A stretch of DNA of 64,000 bases. It comes from Hydrolagus affinis. Its lineage: Eukaryota. The stretch spans positions 1 through 64,000 of the forward strand of contig JAAILG010000267.1 in the NCBI GenBank assembly GCA_012026655.1, given 5' to 3'. The position numbers and the translations under genes were made by a program. Every line of letters starts with the position of its first letter. Within the stretch, counting starts at the first letter, position 1. Shown here piece by piece: positions 40,001-55,000 of this stretch. The notes under the pieces are model-generated. The model was not told the DNA's origin and did no database searches. It saw nothing but the letters and a program-made list of their open reading frames with translations.

Positions 40001-43000
40001 ACAAACTCTCTTTCCTAAGTATTCTATACTTTAAAAAAGCATCTGCACTGAAAGTAAAAATAAATTGGCAAAAACTATTCAGCATGTCACAGATTAAATG
40101 AGCAAATTGTGTGAATGAAATTGCTTCATTAGAGTGTGTTGGCAGAAAACAAGCTTTCTTCTTGCTTGTTTTCTAAATTATATTGAACATGCCATCAAAT
40201 GTTTTGGCAATATTGTAAATTTCATTGTTTATTTGTGGAGAATTTGCATATGATGTAGCAAAATTCAGGTTTTACTACCTCAATATCCAGTAGAAGTAGA
40301 GACTTTGGAAAGTATCTGTGTATTTACTCTCTTTATCATAAGGAACAATGGTGACCTTTTTTTCTGAGAGATTCTAAATAATGAGAAGCAAATGGACATT
40401 TTCTTTTGCAGGGTGATCCGGGAATGCCAGGGCAAGCAGGAAGAAAGGTTAGATTATTCCTTTTGTATCTATTGATGATTTAATTTCCGAGTTGCCAGTT
40501 CCTTAATGTCTATAAATTTGTTTGTGTTTATTATGTGATGGTGATACCCTGTTTAGACTGATGTGTCTTGATGAGAGACGTGGGACAGACATGGATGCAC
40601 ACCCATGTTCTCTTGCAATATTTTTGAGAGATAATTTTGTTTAGGTGTCAGCTGGGTGTCCTGACACCTACAGAAATTTAGCACCATATTTAAGAGAATG
40701 CATATTACCCTGTGTCTGGAATGGAATACACATCCTGCCTTTACCTGATTTCAGAGATGATAAGGCACAAGTTGGCAAGAGCCCAAACAATTTTTAACGC
40801 ACAAAATGTGCTCTCCTACATATTGTTTCTGAACAATGTGAACATTGGCGTAACCGGGAGGAGGTTTTTTTTCCATCCATTTATCTGCCAAATATTTTGA
40901 TTGTTCTGCCTCTAAATTGTCCTTGGCAATAAACCTAACTCCAAATTGATTAACATGAAGCTGCAACCTATTTGTCACATCTTTGCTAGATATTTGAGCC
41001 AACCTTCAGTTGCCACAAGAGACAGGCTTTTGTTAATGTGGTAGGAGTCCAGTTGAATAGTAAACTGGCTGAATTGTTTGGTGTCTGCATTTCAGTATTT
41101 GAAGTAGTGTAATGATGTGGGAAAAAAATGCGGCGTAATCATTTAGTGCAGTGAATATTCAATGGCAGCTTCAGAAGTGAAGCAATCTTCCAGCTGTACA
41201 CCCAATAACTGATGCTGATGAGCGGTTTGATGTGTAAAGCAAGCAAATAACATGCAGTGCTGGTATATCTGAAGGGAATAAAATAATGGAAACTGAATAA
41301 TCTGAACCCTTGTAAAAATGACTAAAGGTGAATATAACTTGCCAGAAATCTGCTGGTGTATCATTGGACTTTATATGGGTGGCCATGATTCGCCCACAAA
41401 ACACACAGTCGAAACAATTGGATTTGTTTTGAGAAAGGGATATTGGCTATTGGGAGCATATTTAGTAATGTACGTGATACACAACTTATGGTGCATTGTG
41501 AACAAGATAATACAGCAAGCTGATTGTGTTGAGAAGCCAAATTTGCTATTTGAATTATGCTAAATGTTTATACAGTATACAAATATAATTTGGGGAATTG
41601 TAGCGGTTACCATTATCATCTTTTCACTTAGTAGATGTAAAATGCAACAATACAAATGGTGGAAATGAGAAATGAAAAGAACCATTGGAAATCCACAGCA
41701 GGTCAATCAGTATCTGAAAGATGTACCCAGATTAATATTTGGAACATGACCCACTTTGTGGAATCCTGTAACTCAGTGGTTAGAGCACTCGCCTCGCAAG
41801 TAAGAGACCTGGGTTCAATTCTAGGCAGGGCATAACCTTGGGCAAAATGTGAAAAGCGGTACAGTATATCAAAGGCAAGGATTATTATTATTAGCAGGTC
41901 AGATTGCCACCATTTCCCTTTCTGCTTAGTTTTTACTTGCTGACTTAAAAACTTATTGAGCCTTCAAATGAGTAAGATGTTTCAAAATGCCAACCTGTTG
42001 TATTGTACAAATTGAGGATTTGAGCAATTGAACTATGGAAAGCTAAAAGATGTATGTGCTGTCAAAATACAATGAGCTCGCTTTCTGAATGGAGAATTGT
42101 AACAGACTTACTTTACTCATCCATTGAAGTTTTTAAAAAAAAAAGTTTTTAATGTTTTTAGGATGGAACTCTTCAAATAAGGTTTATCCTAGCTTTGCTG
42201 CATTGTGTAAACCAATCTGTTAAAAAGTGCCAGTTGAAGCTTAACGTCGACACAGTCTAAAGGTTGAAATCAGAAATAATTGAGGGCCACGCTTTTTTCA
42301 TTATATAGCAAAACTGTTTATTGTAAAAGAGTGCATTCATGGCAAAATTGTGGCCAGCTTTTGGACCTTGTCTCAGTTGTAAAGTTTTATGCTGATATAA
42401 AGTTGCTATTCCTGCACCAATACCAGCTTCTTTTTTCCCAGTCCTTTATTGGAACTCTTAGAATACTCTTTGGAATTCACAATAAGTAGGGAGGAGATGG
42501 AGCCTGATATTAATGTTCCATCCTAAGGCTTTAACTGTTATTCAGTGTATAAATAAATGCTACAAAAGCAAGCTACAACAGATTTTCCGTTTCTGAGAAG
42601 AAAAGTTAAGAATTTGAAGTTAGTATTTCTGAACAATGAATGCTTAAATGTTTCAGTAGGCTTGAGAGAATTGCACTCCTATGCATCCATTTATGTTATA
42701 ACCATATTGAAAACCTTACACCCAGGCCCTATTTGTCCAACTGGAAACAATTGGGCTGGTGAGGTCAGAAGGCAAATGTGTAGAACATTATACTGACATA
42801 AATAGAAGTGCATAATCTCATTGGACATCTTTTAACAGCGTGTGCTAGATCATATGACTGTTTTAAATTCTCCTTTTACAATAATAAATAATCCATAATT
42901 TAGTGCTTAATGTATTGAAGAGTAAACCTGAAGTGGTGTGTGCCTGACCTTATAGTTGGAAGAAGAAGTGTTTATACATTTCCTGCCACAGGCAATAAAT

Positions 43001-46000
43001 TTCGACATTCATCTGCCTGTCTTATAAACCATCCAGCTGTGGACCACTCTTCTTTTTTTCTCTCTGAAGTCCTTTGTATCAAAGGAACTGCACTGACTTA
43101 TTTATTTCATTGCATGTTGCTAGGGAATAGAGGACTGTATATATTTTAGATCTTTATCACCTGTAGAATTGATGTAATTTTCCAGTAGTCCCAATAATCC
43201 ACGACACATTCAATTCTTGTACCTTGCTGTAATACTTGCACCTTAGTATTTAGTGATGATATCATCGTGCACCAACTAAATGGAGTGTGGATATTAATGT
43301 TGATCACAATAGCGAGGACTGAAAACAGTTTATTTGAAAATTTCTTTTTACCTGAAGACTTGGAAGTAATTTAACCACAGTATGCTAACCCAGGTATAGG
43401 TAACAATATCCAGCAACTTTATTTTTGTTGTCAACCAAACCCTGTGATAAAAATTATATTCTTAGGTTCATTGTCACTGCACCTAGAGTTCTTGAATACC
43501 ATATAACGGCTATTTGCTGGTCAAAAGTATGTTACTTTGCCACACAGTTGTTATTCCTCCAGTGCCACCTAACTCAGTTAGTTGCAATCTCAGCTCTGGG
43601 TCAAAAAATTGTAAGTTGAATACCCATTGTGGCACTTTGACCTCACAATCTAGGCTGGCACTCAATACCTGAGTTCTGGATTGTTGGAGGTGCTGGCCTT
43701 TGGATGAAATGTTAAACCAATGTCCCATCTACTCGTTCAGGTGAGCATTAAAGATGTTTTGATGCTCAAAAAAGAAGAGTTTACCTCAGTATCCCAGGCG
43801 ACAATATATATTGTCCAGATAAATTAAACCTTCATTTTAAGGCAGTTTGTTGGCACAACTTGTGAACAAATTGGCTGCCAGATTGCCAATGATTTCCAAT
43901 TACCTGTAAAAGTGTTTTAAGACTATTTGTTGATAGTACAAACACCATATCAAGTGCAAGGATTATTTCTTCCACCTTGATTTGATGCATCTTTAAGCTC
44001 TTCATCGATATTCTTATATACTTTATTGCTGCTTGCATCAAAATGTTAATAGACTGCCAAAGTCACCCAGTCAGTAAAGAGCTAATTTGTTCAATTTGTA
44101 GTGGGATTATCACTGAATAAAGTAGACACACGAGCACTCTGCTACTTCTAGAAGAGGAATACTATATTTACTGCTCTCAATTTCTTTTCTCTTTGCTGCC
44201 ATGCTGCCTGCACACTCTGTATGTACAAGGGTGATGATAGATCTTTGGCTTGCCAGATTCAATGTCTAGCATTTCAATCTTTACAGAGATCTTTCCAAAA
44301 ATACTACTGGTAATGGGACTCACATAATAAATCCCAATCAAAACAGATATATGGACTAATTCCAGTTCACATATTCACAGTCAAATAGCTAGTCCCTCTT
44401 GGGAATCTGGGAATCAAGTTGTGATTATTTTACTTTACTCTGAAGCAGGCATGCTGCTGTTCAATCATCTTATAACTTCATACAATGCAGTTAGGACAGT
44501 AACATTTTAAAACAAAATGCTTGACTGGAAGCTGGTTGAATAATTAGAAGACAAATTGCGTGTGTCTCACGGCCCAAAAGTTTACATTGTGCCACATTGT
44601 TGGAATCTTGCATGTCTCCTGTAAAGGGAACCTTTTATTCACTCATGTTTTGGTTTATTTATGTTCTGCCATTGTGTTTGCTTTTTTTTCACCACTGGAT
44701 ATGACCCGGATATACTTTGCATGTTTCTGACTCCTTGACTCCTGCTTTGCTATAATCTTATTGTTGTTTTGTTTCTCAGGGAGAGTTTGGTGAGCCAGGG
44801 CTGCCTGGTCCAACAGGCCTTCCTGGACCTGTAGGGCCAAAGGTAAAACGCAGAAATAATGCATGGCTTTTCAGTTTTGAAGACTAAATGTGTTCAATCT
44901 TGAATAACATAGATTATACAAAAATTTGGGAAAAACATAACATTTCAGAATGATGCTTGTGTAAAAAAAAAAGGCCTGCTGAGTGCTGTTTCGGATGGCA
45001 CCTTTGTCAGATTCAAATAGATAAAATCGGAATGCTTTAAAAATTGAAATGCTTTGTTTAATAAAATAGAAGCAATCATGAGGTCAGCTTTTGTTTTCAA
45101 AGATAATAATAATAATCAAGGTGCTCAATTCATATCCTAGGGCAAAGATAGCTTGAACAGTTACATCAAAAGACCAGTTGTTTGTTGGTTCCAGTGTGTG
45201 AATGCTATTTCATAGTGATTTCAAATAACAACGTAAACTCTGCACTATACATATGATATATTAGTTGACCTCACATGCTTCCCCACTGTGTCAGCTCCTG
45301 TCTTCGTACTTTACAGCAACTTATCTCTGCTCTTTTTCTGGCTTTTTTATTTATTTTAACAGGGAGATAAAGGAAACATTGGACATAAGGTAGGAACATA
45401 GGGAGGTGCTTCTCATCTTTTCTTACTTAATCTTGTTTTGCTTTAATCTCATCTGTTCATTTTCTACTCGCTCTATCACTGGTCTGAATTAGGGTAGTAA
45501 AAATGTGGAAACAATAAGACACAACCAGTTATTTTTGTCCAAGTATTGAATTTTAATATCATTGGCAACCTGGAACCTGCAGGGGTATAGATACTTTAAA
45601 CAAGATATTATAGTTGGAAGCTAGTTCTCAATATTAAATTCTCCAGCAACTAAGTGAATTGTTGAAAAAATTGCATTACAAAATTCTGTTCCGCAATTCT
45701 TGTCTCTTCCTGCCGTAAAAGAAATCGAACATTTATGTAATGTTGGAATTGCCCTTTGCTCATATTTTGCTTTGTTGCTGACTTTTGTGATCTGTACCCT
45801 CAAGGGAATAAAGTGGGATTCCCAACTGCAATTTTATATTTCAGGTAATTTCTGTAATAACCATCTTTTCATTCAGAGGAAAAACCATTACAAAACAGCT
45901 TTTAATTCAATGCTTGACCTGGTTTGTAAACTTCTATCAGCCAGTCAAAATAGAGTAGTATTGTCATTTGATTCCAACATTTACATGTATAAGAAACCCA

Positions 46001-49000
46001 ACGTGACTGCTTATAATAGCCACATGTGGTTTGTATGTTTCAGTGCTCTTGCTAGTTATTCCATTAATCTGCCATTATCCTACACAGGGAGATCCAGGTG
46101 AAATGGGTCAGCCAGGTGAAAAAGGAGAAAGGGTAGCTGAAAATTTCTTTCAGAAATTTTTGTTCATTGTAAATTAACATAAGGGCTCAGAAGGTAGATG
46201 CATGTCAACTGCCCACTGCGGAGATTCAGATTTTTTATATATAATATACTGTATATATATTTTCTAATGAAGTTGAAAAAAATCACTTTTAAAACAATTT
46301 TTAGTCACATTGCAAACTATATTAAGAGGAACAAAATGAAACAAATATGTGGTGGTGTTGAACCAATCCTATTGGAATAACTAAACAGACTGAACAGGGA
46401 AATGAATAATACAGAACTTTAAACCACCTCCCTTTGTTATGAGTTCCCTTCACATCTCTGACTATTAGTCAGGATAGATATAAACTTATTTTTAAAAAGT
46501 GTAACATTTGTTTAAATGCTATTTCAATCCAATGGTTTCTGCTTGTTTTTGGCTAGTTAAAATCCACTGAATCCTTTGTCTGACATTTGTATTGGTAATA
46601 TTAGTGTATTAGTCATTGCCATCTACTTGCCCACTTCTACTCTTCCCAGCATTGTTTCTGTAAGAACTTTGGGAAAAACAGAGTTTGGTATCTGATTCCC
46701 TAGTGAATTCAATTGTGGAGCATTCCATTCCAGCTGTGTGTGTATGTATGTATGTGTGTGTAAATATATATATTTAGAGAGAGATTATACAGTAAAAGCC
46801 CGTTTATCCGGCACCCTCGGGACCTGGCCAATGCCGGTTAAAGCGCTTGCCGGATATTCGGCCGAAAACGCAAAAAACCCCCAAAATTTCAATGCATTTT
46901 TCCGGATAAATTCCAATTAATCAAATGCGTACCTTTATTTTGCGATGCCGCTTATATGGAAATTATGGTCGATCGGGTGCTAGATAAACGGGCTTTTACT
47001 GTACATATCATTTTAATTTGTCTGACAAACATGGAAACTCACCATCTTGCTTAAGAGTCTCCAAACCCAACTGAGATTTTCATGCATCCCACCTATATAT
47101 GGAAATTCCAGTGATAGATTGTTGGAATGGAATACACACTCTCCCTGGAGGGATGCATCCTGCTTACCTAGTTCTGGAAAGTATTTGGCACAGGTTGGCA
47201 AGAGCCAAGGCTTGGGGACCCCAGAGCGTATGTTGGGGTGCTGCCAAAAATGCATAGCTTGCCATTGATATTGTGATCTGGCAAACATTCCTGCTGCTAG
47301 TCCAGCTAGGACCACCCTACCCATTAAGACTTTAGCTTGCTGGGTTAACAGGGGGATGATTCCCTGCTCCAGGGAATAGTATATCTCCAGTATATCATTC
47401 CAGGTCCTGCCTATGAGGCTGCCTGTTCTGTCGCAGGTAGTGCCCTGAAATACTGTGAAAGTGCCCATTTCAGAATCTGGAGACTGCCAGAGAGGACTGG
47501 CTTGATGCCGACATTTCATTGTCAGCTGCTTTCCCATTGACAAGGCTCCGGAGGGCGGTGTCCATCTTCTCCCAGCAGATAAAGTCATTAAAACCCTTCA
47601 ATCTGGCTCTCTTCTCCCGCCAGCTCTTTTGTCCTCCATGCAGATGGGTCTCTGTTATGGTTTATTGGGTCAGACTTCAACTCTATGTAGTGTTCCCTCC
47701 AGACCACAAGGAGGAAGAATCTGGTATCAAAGAAGGTTGCGATTAACCATGTCTGATATGTTAGTTCATGTTGTCACTTGGTAGTGGATATAGTTCCTTG
47801 TCTATTGACATTATCTCTGATGTTGATAGCACATGTGTGTTCTTTAAAAGGAAAGTGCAAAAGATTACAAGCAGATTCATTAAAATAGTATTTCAGAGGA
47901 GACGCTGTTAAAGATTATTGCATGTTTCTTGGTGATGGTATGGTGGGCAGATGGTATGGTGTTGAAATTTAAGATGACCCTTCCAACCTTTTTTTTAAAA
48001 TGAGAAGTATTAAAATGTGTTCATGTCAAAATACAACTCACAGGTAGACAGGAACAGTGGGACCTGGTATTTGAAATGTAATGTATCTGGTGCTGACATA
48101 GATTCGAATGATAAATTTAAGGCCACCATGGTTTGAAGTCAAGCTGTTATGGTTTGTTATCAGAGTGCCAGTGCCATCTGCTGGTACATGTAATGAGATA
48201 TTGGCTTTATGGCGCTTTGGTGATAAGCACGCTTTGATACATCCTCCTAATGTGAAAAGGCACTGTATCAAATTAATCATTTATTTTATTATTAATTTCA
48301 ATAAAATTTCAGGACAACTTACTGAAACAGGGTTACATAATCACAAGAGGTTTCAATGAAGAAGGCCCTCCAGTCCATTTGGTCTCATCCTTCCTGAATG
48401 CCCACCATCCTGCCATTACATAGGCAAGTCTGTTACCACACCAATTACAGAGGTAGTTCAATATTTTTGTAAACTACTGTTGGAGTCATCAACATCATGT
48501 GCATACAAAATAATGCAGTATTGAAAATAAACTCCAGGCTCCCAACATACCAATGTGGTATCACACTATTTATTTTCCATCCATTAGTTTTCCAAAGAAA
48601 ATTATTTAAACATTTGCAATGACTTCAGATGTGAGTTAGCTGCACTTGGGTAATTCCATGCAAGCCCAGATTTTCATGAGATTGTCTACATGTCCTGATA
48701 GACAATCAATACGAATAATCCCAAAGAAAAATAAATAAATTGGTGTCTTCAATCCATAAGTGTTTGTGGAATGCTGCTGTGTGCAATTGGCTGCCGCATT
48801 ACGTCCACAAATATACAGTCACTTAATTTTACAGTGTATCATGGGAAGCACTTTGAGACATCTAGAAGACGCGAGAAGCACTACATCAAATACAAGGATT
48901 ATTTTAAATTAAATTATAAAAAGTTTTCTCCATAGTTCTTTTTAATATTGATCCCTTGAGTTTTATAAACAAGTGTACACCTCAAATTTAAAGACAAACT

Positions 49001-52000
49001 TCATTCCACATTCCAACATTTTGAACTCTTATTTGCAAATCATGAACAGCACTTTCTTGTGACATTTTGAAATCTTTCAAATGCTTGCACAATATTTCAT
49101 ACTTTGCCAAAAATATACAGTCAATTCACTTCACAGTATATTCTGTGAAGCGCTTTGAGACATCTAGAAGAAGTGAAAAGCGCATTACCAAATGAAAGGA
49201 TTTTTTTAAATCTTGCCCAGATATTTTGTTCATGTTGATATATATTTTATTCAATTTCTCCTAAGAAAAGAAACAAACAACAGATCCTGCTGGGCTGTGG
49301 GGGGTTGGTGTGGAGGGGTTAATGATTTAAAATTACCATTAATCTCAAATGTTTCTGTGATAAAACTAATCATTGTTAATATCGACTGACTGGGATACTG
49401 GTCATTTTCTCCTGCTGTCAGCAAGCTCCATGAAAAACAGATCTCAAAATGTTACCATTTGAGGTGTATTTTTCATCATCTGCAGGAGGAAATGTGTTTG
49501 CTACAAATTCCACTGCATAAATGTTAAATCTATTAGAAAACATTTTCATGGGAATTCATCTCTGGGAATGTGCCAGTAGTTCACTGGTTTGTTTTCTATA
49601 TAAGCAGAGGAGAAATAGCCTGAAAAAAAACAGAATGTGGACTCAGTCCATGATTTGGGGAAATAACTAAACCTTTTGGGGGATTCATGTTGATTGAGTT
49701 CCCATTCTATTCCTCTGAACCCCAATTATATCACAATTAGAAAAGCTGCTGCTTTACAACCACAAGTATTTTGGTCTAGAGAGCCATGTAATTCCTAGAC
49801 TAATTTTTTTTAGAAAAACTAAAATTCTGCCCATTCTGGCACAGACATTTTGACTATTTTCATCAAACACTTGAGCTGCTCGAAGCACAGTAGCTCAAGT
49901 ACTTGAGTTCTCTCCTTGACTCCCAAGCAGTAGACTAAGAGTGCAAGTCCTAGGGTGCTGCTCTCACTTGCTTGTTTCAATTGGTTAAGCGCCATATATA
50001 TTCAGCCAAGATGCTAAATGGAGCACTGCAAGGAAAGCGATCCATGGGGAGGAGGAGGGTATTCGGGGACCGGAGGAAAAGAAAGTATACCCTACAAATA
50101 GGAGCACATCTGCTCACAGTATTTTATAGTGCAGGGTTTAGCAAGAATCTGTGCCTCATAGAATCCTGTTCTTTTCCTGCATAATACATATATTGAATAA
50201 GATGGTTTATAATAGCAAAGTTGATCAAGATCATTCGTGTAGTTATATGAACAGAATGATACACAGAAACTCAAAATGCAATGGCCATATGTGCTGTGTT
50301 TAAAACCATTTGAAGGGAAAAATTACCTTGACCACTATGAACTTTTGGCATGTGCATCCTCTGACTGAAGCAATTTCTTTAAAATTGCAAATGGGTACAT
50401 ACATATGGTGAGCATTGGCATTTGGAGCACATTAAACTATCGACAAGCATGATGTTGGTCAGATCAACATTTTCTTCCATGCTAACCGGGTACAGCAAAC
50501 TCCCCAGACCAAGGTGGATATGGGATGATTTGCTGATGACAATGATCACAACTCACGTGAGAAACCTGCTGGTTTAAACCATTCAGTAACCAATGAATAA
50601 ATAGGAGATGTTGAATTTGAATAATAATTCTCCAACAAAACATTCATCTTCCCACAAGGTTAATTTAAAAATGGTTATTTTCTTCATGCACATTAGAGGT
50701 TAAGAAATGGAAATCAAACCATCCCATTTTCAGCTCATTGCAATAAGTGAAATAATTATTATAAATAGATTCTGGAATTGATCAGTAATATTTCATGAAG
50801 GCATTCCTGTTCATTTTTACTGAGACTAATATTTAATGTGCAGCTTTATGTGCCAAAATTTAAACACTACCGTCAGTGTAACTTTTCTAAAATATTATTT
50901 GATACATTGTGCATCTGTAAGTTGTATCTGACTTGAGCCATTTGTTAAACACAGTAGAGCTTTGGCAGAAAAGTGAAAACTCAATAGGTCTGTGGGGGAT
51001 TGAATGTATGGGGAGATCTATGGTCAGGTTTACAGCAGGAAAGTGGAAACGGATTTCACTGCCATTGCCTTAACCCCTTGAATACTGCATTTCTTTATGC
51101 TTTTCTAAAGTAAATGTACATGAGTAAAAAGATGATTTTCTCTTTGAATGCAACATTTTCCCACAAATAATTCAATACTATTAAGGGAAAAGTCTGGATC
51201 TTTCTTATTTATTAGCCAAATCCTTCATTTAACAATTAAATATTTTAAACGTTTTTACAGAACATCTAAATACTGTAGAGCAGCCCTGAAAATGGAGGAT
51301 TCTTTATTTTGCACCATTAATTTGATTCAAGTGCTCTAAATACTCACATCAGGAATTGCAAAGTAGGAATTTCGGGTTCTGTTGTCTTGTTCAGCAGTGA
51401 ATTATGGCATTTCAAGACATTTGTGCCAACAGAATTGGTTGAGTTTAGATGAGTTTAAAGTTGGTTAGTGCTGAATCCTAGAAACACAATGATGGTTTAC
51501 TTCAATTCTATAACTGAATGGGGTAGGAGGTGGTGAGGAGGGTGTGGGGGAATGAGAGATGCTACCATTTAGCATAGTTTACAACTGTGACCATAATCAC
51601 ATTTGCAAAAATCCGAATTCAAGTTTTAAACCACTGACAAAATGCAAGACATTGAAATGTGTAGATATTGATTGTCTAGATGTGAATGAGATATTGGAGT
51701 AAGTGTGGGCAAGGCCAACATTCTTGACTTTCTTCTTCCCCTCTATCTTCATCCAGCCGTTATTTCCCTGTACATGTCTATCCCCTTAACCTTCACCACC
51801 TTTCCTGCTCCTTTATATACAAAATGGATGATATGTTTTCCTGTAACATTATCCAGTTGGTTTGTATCTATCTTATTTTTTGTAGGGAGAGATAGGAAGG
51901 CCTGGCGTTCCAGGAAAGCCTGGAGCTAAGGTATTCCACCCCAACAGATTTCCCCTACTCTCTATCACTTCCCTACATGCCTGCTGAACTCATCTCATGG

Positions 52001-55000
52001 CCTTTATACTAAAGAAGGCATCATTGTAAACTCTAAATAGTCTATATAATGCTTTCACAGATTAAAATGGTCAGTCCTTTTCCCATTCCCAACTCTTGCA
52101 TCATTTTAAACATTTATGTTGCATTATTTAAAATACTCATTGGTTAACTAACTGGATTGTGGGATGATAACATAATAGCATGTGAAAATTACTGTACAAG
52201 TGACTAACCACTTGCTGTTCCTGAAGTTTGCAATACATGAGGATCATTAAAAATATCACATTCTAAGGCATTGCAATTTCAAATTTTACATACATCGACT
52301 TGAAATCAAGATTTTTCATTTGGAATTTGACTCAAAACATTTTTCTGATTTTAGATATGTGTCTGTGGAGGCCAAACAAGACATTGTAACTTTGTGAAGA
52401 GTGCTGCAATGGAATAGCTAGATTTTCTTTGCTTTCCCATTTCGTCCTAAACGTTAGACTAGTCTCCTTATATAAGTTCAAATATCTGACTTTCCCTCAT
52501 TCCCACCAATCCTGGTTAACTGTTTGAAACTTAGTAAACTAATAAATATAAAATAACCCAATATTTACAGAACCAAAGAATCTCTAAAGCTTGTTGGATT
52601 CACTTTTCGCCAGTAATATAGAGGGTGCCTTACAAATTTTCTAACAGACAGCCATAACAATCCCATTTAATACCCCTTTACCAACTACTGATCATTTTAC
52701 TATATATGGCAAGGTCATCTGAAATGTTAACAGCTGTACCATGGCATAATAGTCCTGAAATTCTGTTATTCTGTTTATCTACTGGTCTCTATGTATGTGA
52801 ACTCGCCTCCGATTTTATTTTCTATCCTTTTTAGGGCATACCAAGTTCAGCTGCTTTTGGGTTAAAGGTTAGTTAAAGTACAACATTGTCAAACCCAATT
52901 ATTTTCCAAGGTGGTTTCTTTCATTGGTAAATTTCACTTTCCTTTGTCTCTCTTCATTTCTGATCTATTGGTCTTCACACTTTCTTTTGGACACAGGGAG
53001 AGCCAGGGAATATTGGACCTCCGGGAAAAAAGGTATAATACCACTTTATGTATTGATAGTTTTGTTTGTGGCCTCCACCACTGCATGTTCCCTCAGACCT
53101 CAAGACCCATATCCATTCATCATCATGTCCAGGCTTGACTATGTTGTTCCTGACTCGCTGGTCTTCCCAACTTTTCCCTTTACAAGATGCAGATTATTCA
53201 AAACACAGCAGCTCACATCCTGACCCACGTAAACCCCCATGAACCAATTGCTTCTATTGCCTGTGGCTCCCAATCCCCCAAAAGGTCAAATCTAAAATCC
53301 TTGTCCTCACTTCTAAATCCGTCTAATGATGCTCGTCCCTTCCTCCGCTGAGCGGGCACTGGCCTGGTCTGTGTCCCCTGATCTGCCAGACACATCATTT
53401 TGATGGTCAGATCTTCAGCTTTTCTGCATTATTATTATTATTATTATTATCCACCCTCTGTAACTCCCAGTATCCCTCCGCCCTCTCCCTTATCTCCTTA
53501 AAAGCCCATCTCAGGACATACATAAGCGTCTAGTCCTTCTAATCTCCTCTCCTATACGCTTCTATTTCCTTCTGCCTCATGTATTTAATGCTGGTCTGCC
53601 TTGCAGTTGGAACATAATTTGATCTAAGAGCTGATTTAAACTTGTCATATAAGTATAATGGATGGATTTGTATGTTTGGTTTACATAAAGACTTAAACCT
53701 ATAACAGCAATTCTATGAAACTTGATACCTTACTGAACCACTCACTCCATTGTGTGTTGTTTTATAATGCCAGCTAACTGTGTCTTCGGGAATCAATAAG
53801 TCCCAACCTGTATTTTACTTACTATAAATGTATTTGAACAGCTGTACGAGTATGAAATCCAATCCACCGTTTATCATCTATGTTGTGAAATGTTCTGTAG
53901 GCTTGTCAATCCAAGAGGGCCTTTATGTAAGTCATTTGATCATCACTCCAGTTAAGCCTTCTTTCACACCTTCAAGCCCCAGTGGGCTGATTTATGGTGC
54001 TTAATGCTCCACAAATGTAAAACGGATTAATGTAATCAGCTGATGCAGTTGAATTGTCAAAATGAATAACTTCATAATGTCCCAGGCATACGAACTCGAG
54101 AAACTTGAGAAGGTTCCTGTTTAATTGTCACTGTTACATGTTCTGTACCTCACCTTGAAGCTCTGACTCCAGTGTTGTTTTATTGAGAATATAATGTATT
54201 TTAAAGTTCATTCTCAATTAGCTTTTTTTTTAATCGAGTCTTGTGTGGTGATTTCCTCCTTTCGTATTCAAATATATATAGGGTGAACCAGGTCTTCGTG
54301 GTCTTCGAGGGAGGAGAGGTCTTAGGGTAGGACTTGCTGCGTGGATTTGATTGACTCATTGGTGCATGGATCTGGAGCTATATTTACCATTGCATTTACC
54401 TCCCAAGAAATTACAGCTAGTTTTGTTTAAAAACTAGTTTTGTGTTGAACCAAAATTGGTGATTTTTAACATGTACATATTAGAGGCATTTGCATGGTGA
54501 TATATAACTGACCACTACCGGACCAATTAAGGCTGTTATTGTTATATCATTTGTGTAATATCTATCTAACATTTTACACAGTGATTTAAGTTATTGGTAA
54601 ATGCTTTTTTCCCTAAAATGTTTAGCAATATTACAGCTCTGTACTCTGTGCTGGGTTGCCTGCTTTCTACACTATTCATAAGTGGCTTGGAACGGTGTAA
54701 CCTTATTTAAAATTGCTGACAAATATCCAGTATCCTGTAATACAGAGATAAATGGCATGCAAAGAGATCTGAACCAATTATGATAATAAAGTTTAAAAAA
54801 ATGTTTTCATACTGCCACAATGAAGCAAATTAGAATAGTAAAAATGTTCTCAATGAAGGTGTGCCCACTGTAGGAAATGGGGGAAAAAGGATTTGGCGTG
54901 GTTACCAATCATTAACTGAAGGTATCCAGTGAATGTGTGGATACCATCAATAAATCTAATAATTAGTTGCATGTCAAAAAGATTTGACCAAATCAATTAA

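Noticed and set aside
43121-43145. tag|GGAATAGAGGACT possible exon
   Set aside because: No in-frame Gly-X-Y from the AG and no matching donor.
47013-47588. Longest ORF in the track (191 aa, minus)
   Set aside because: It runs through an interspersed repeat and a decayed LINE remnant; not a gene.
50020-50090. Purine-rich patch reading [13 protein letters not shown]|gtatac, a possible fossil collagen exon
   Set aside because: Gly periodicity is broken and there is no suitable acceptor; cannot be distinguished from chance.
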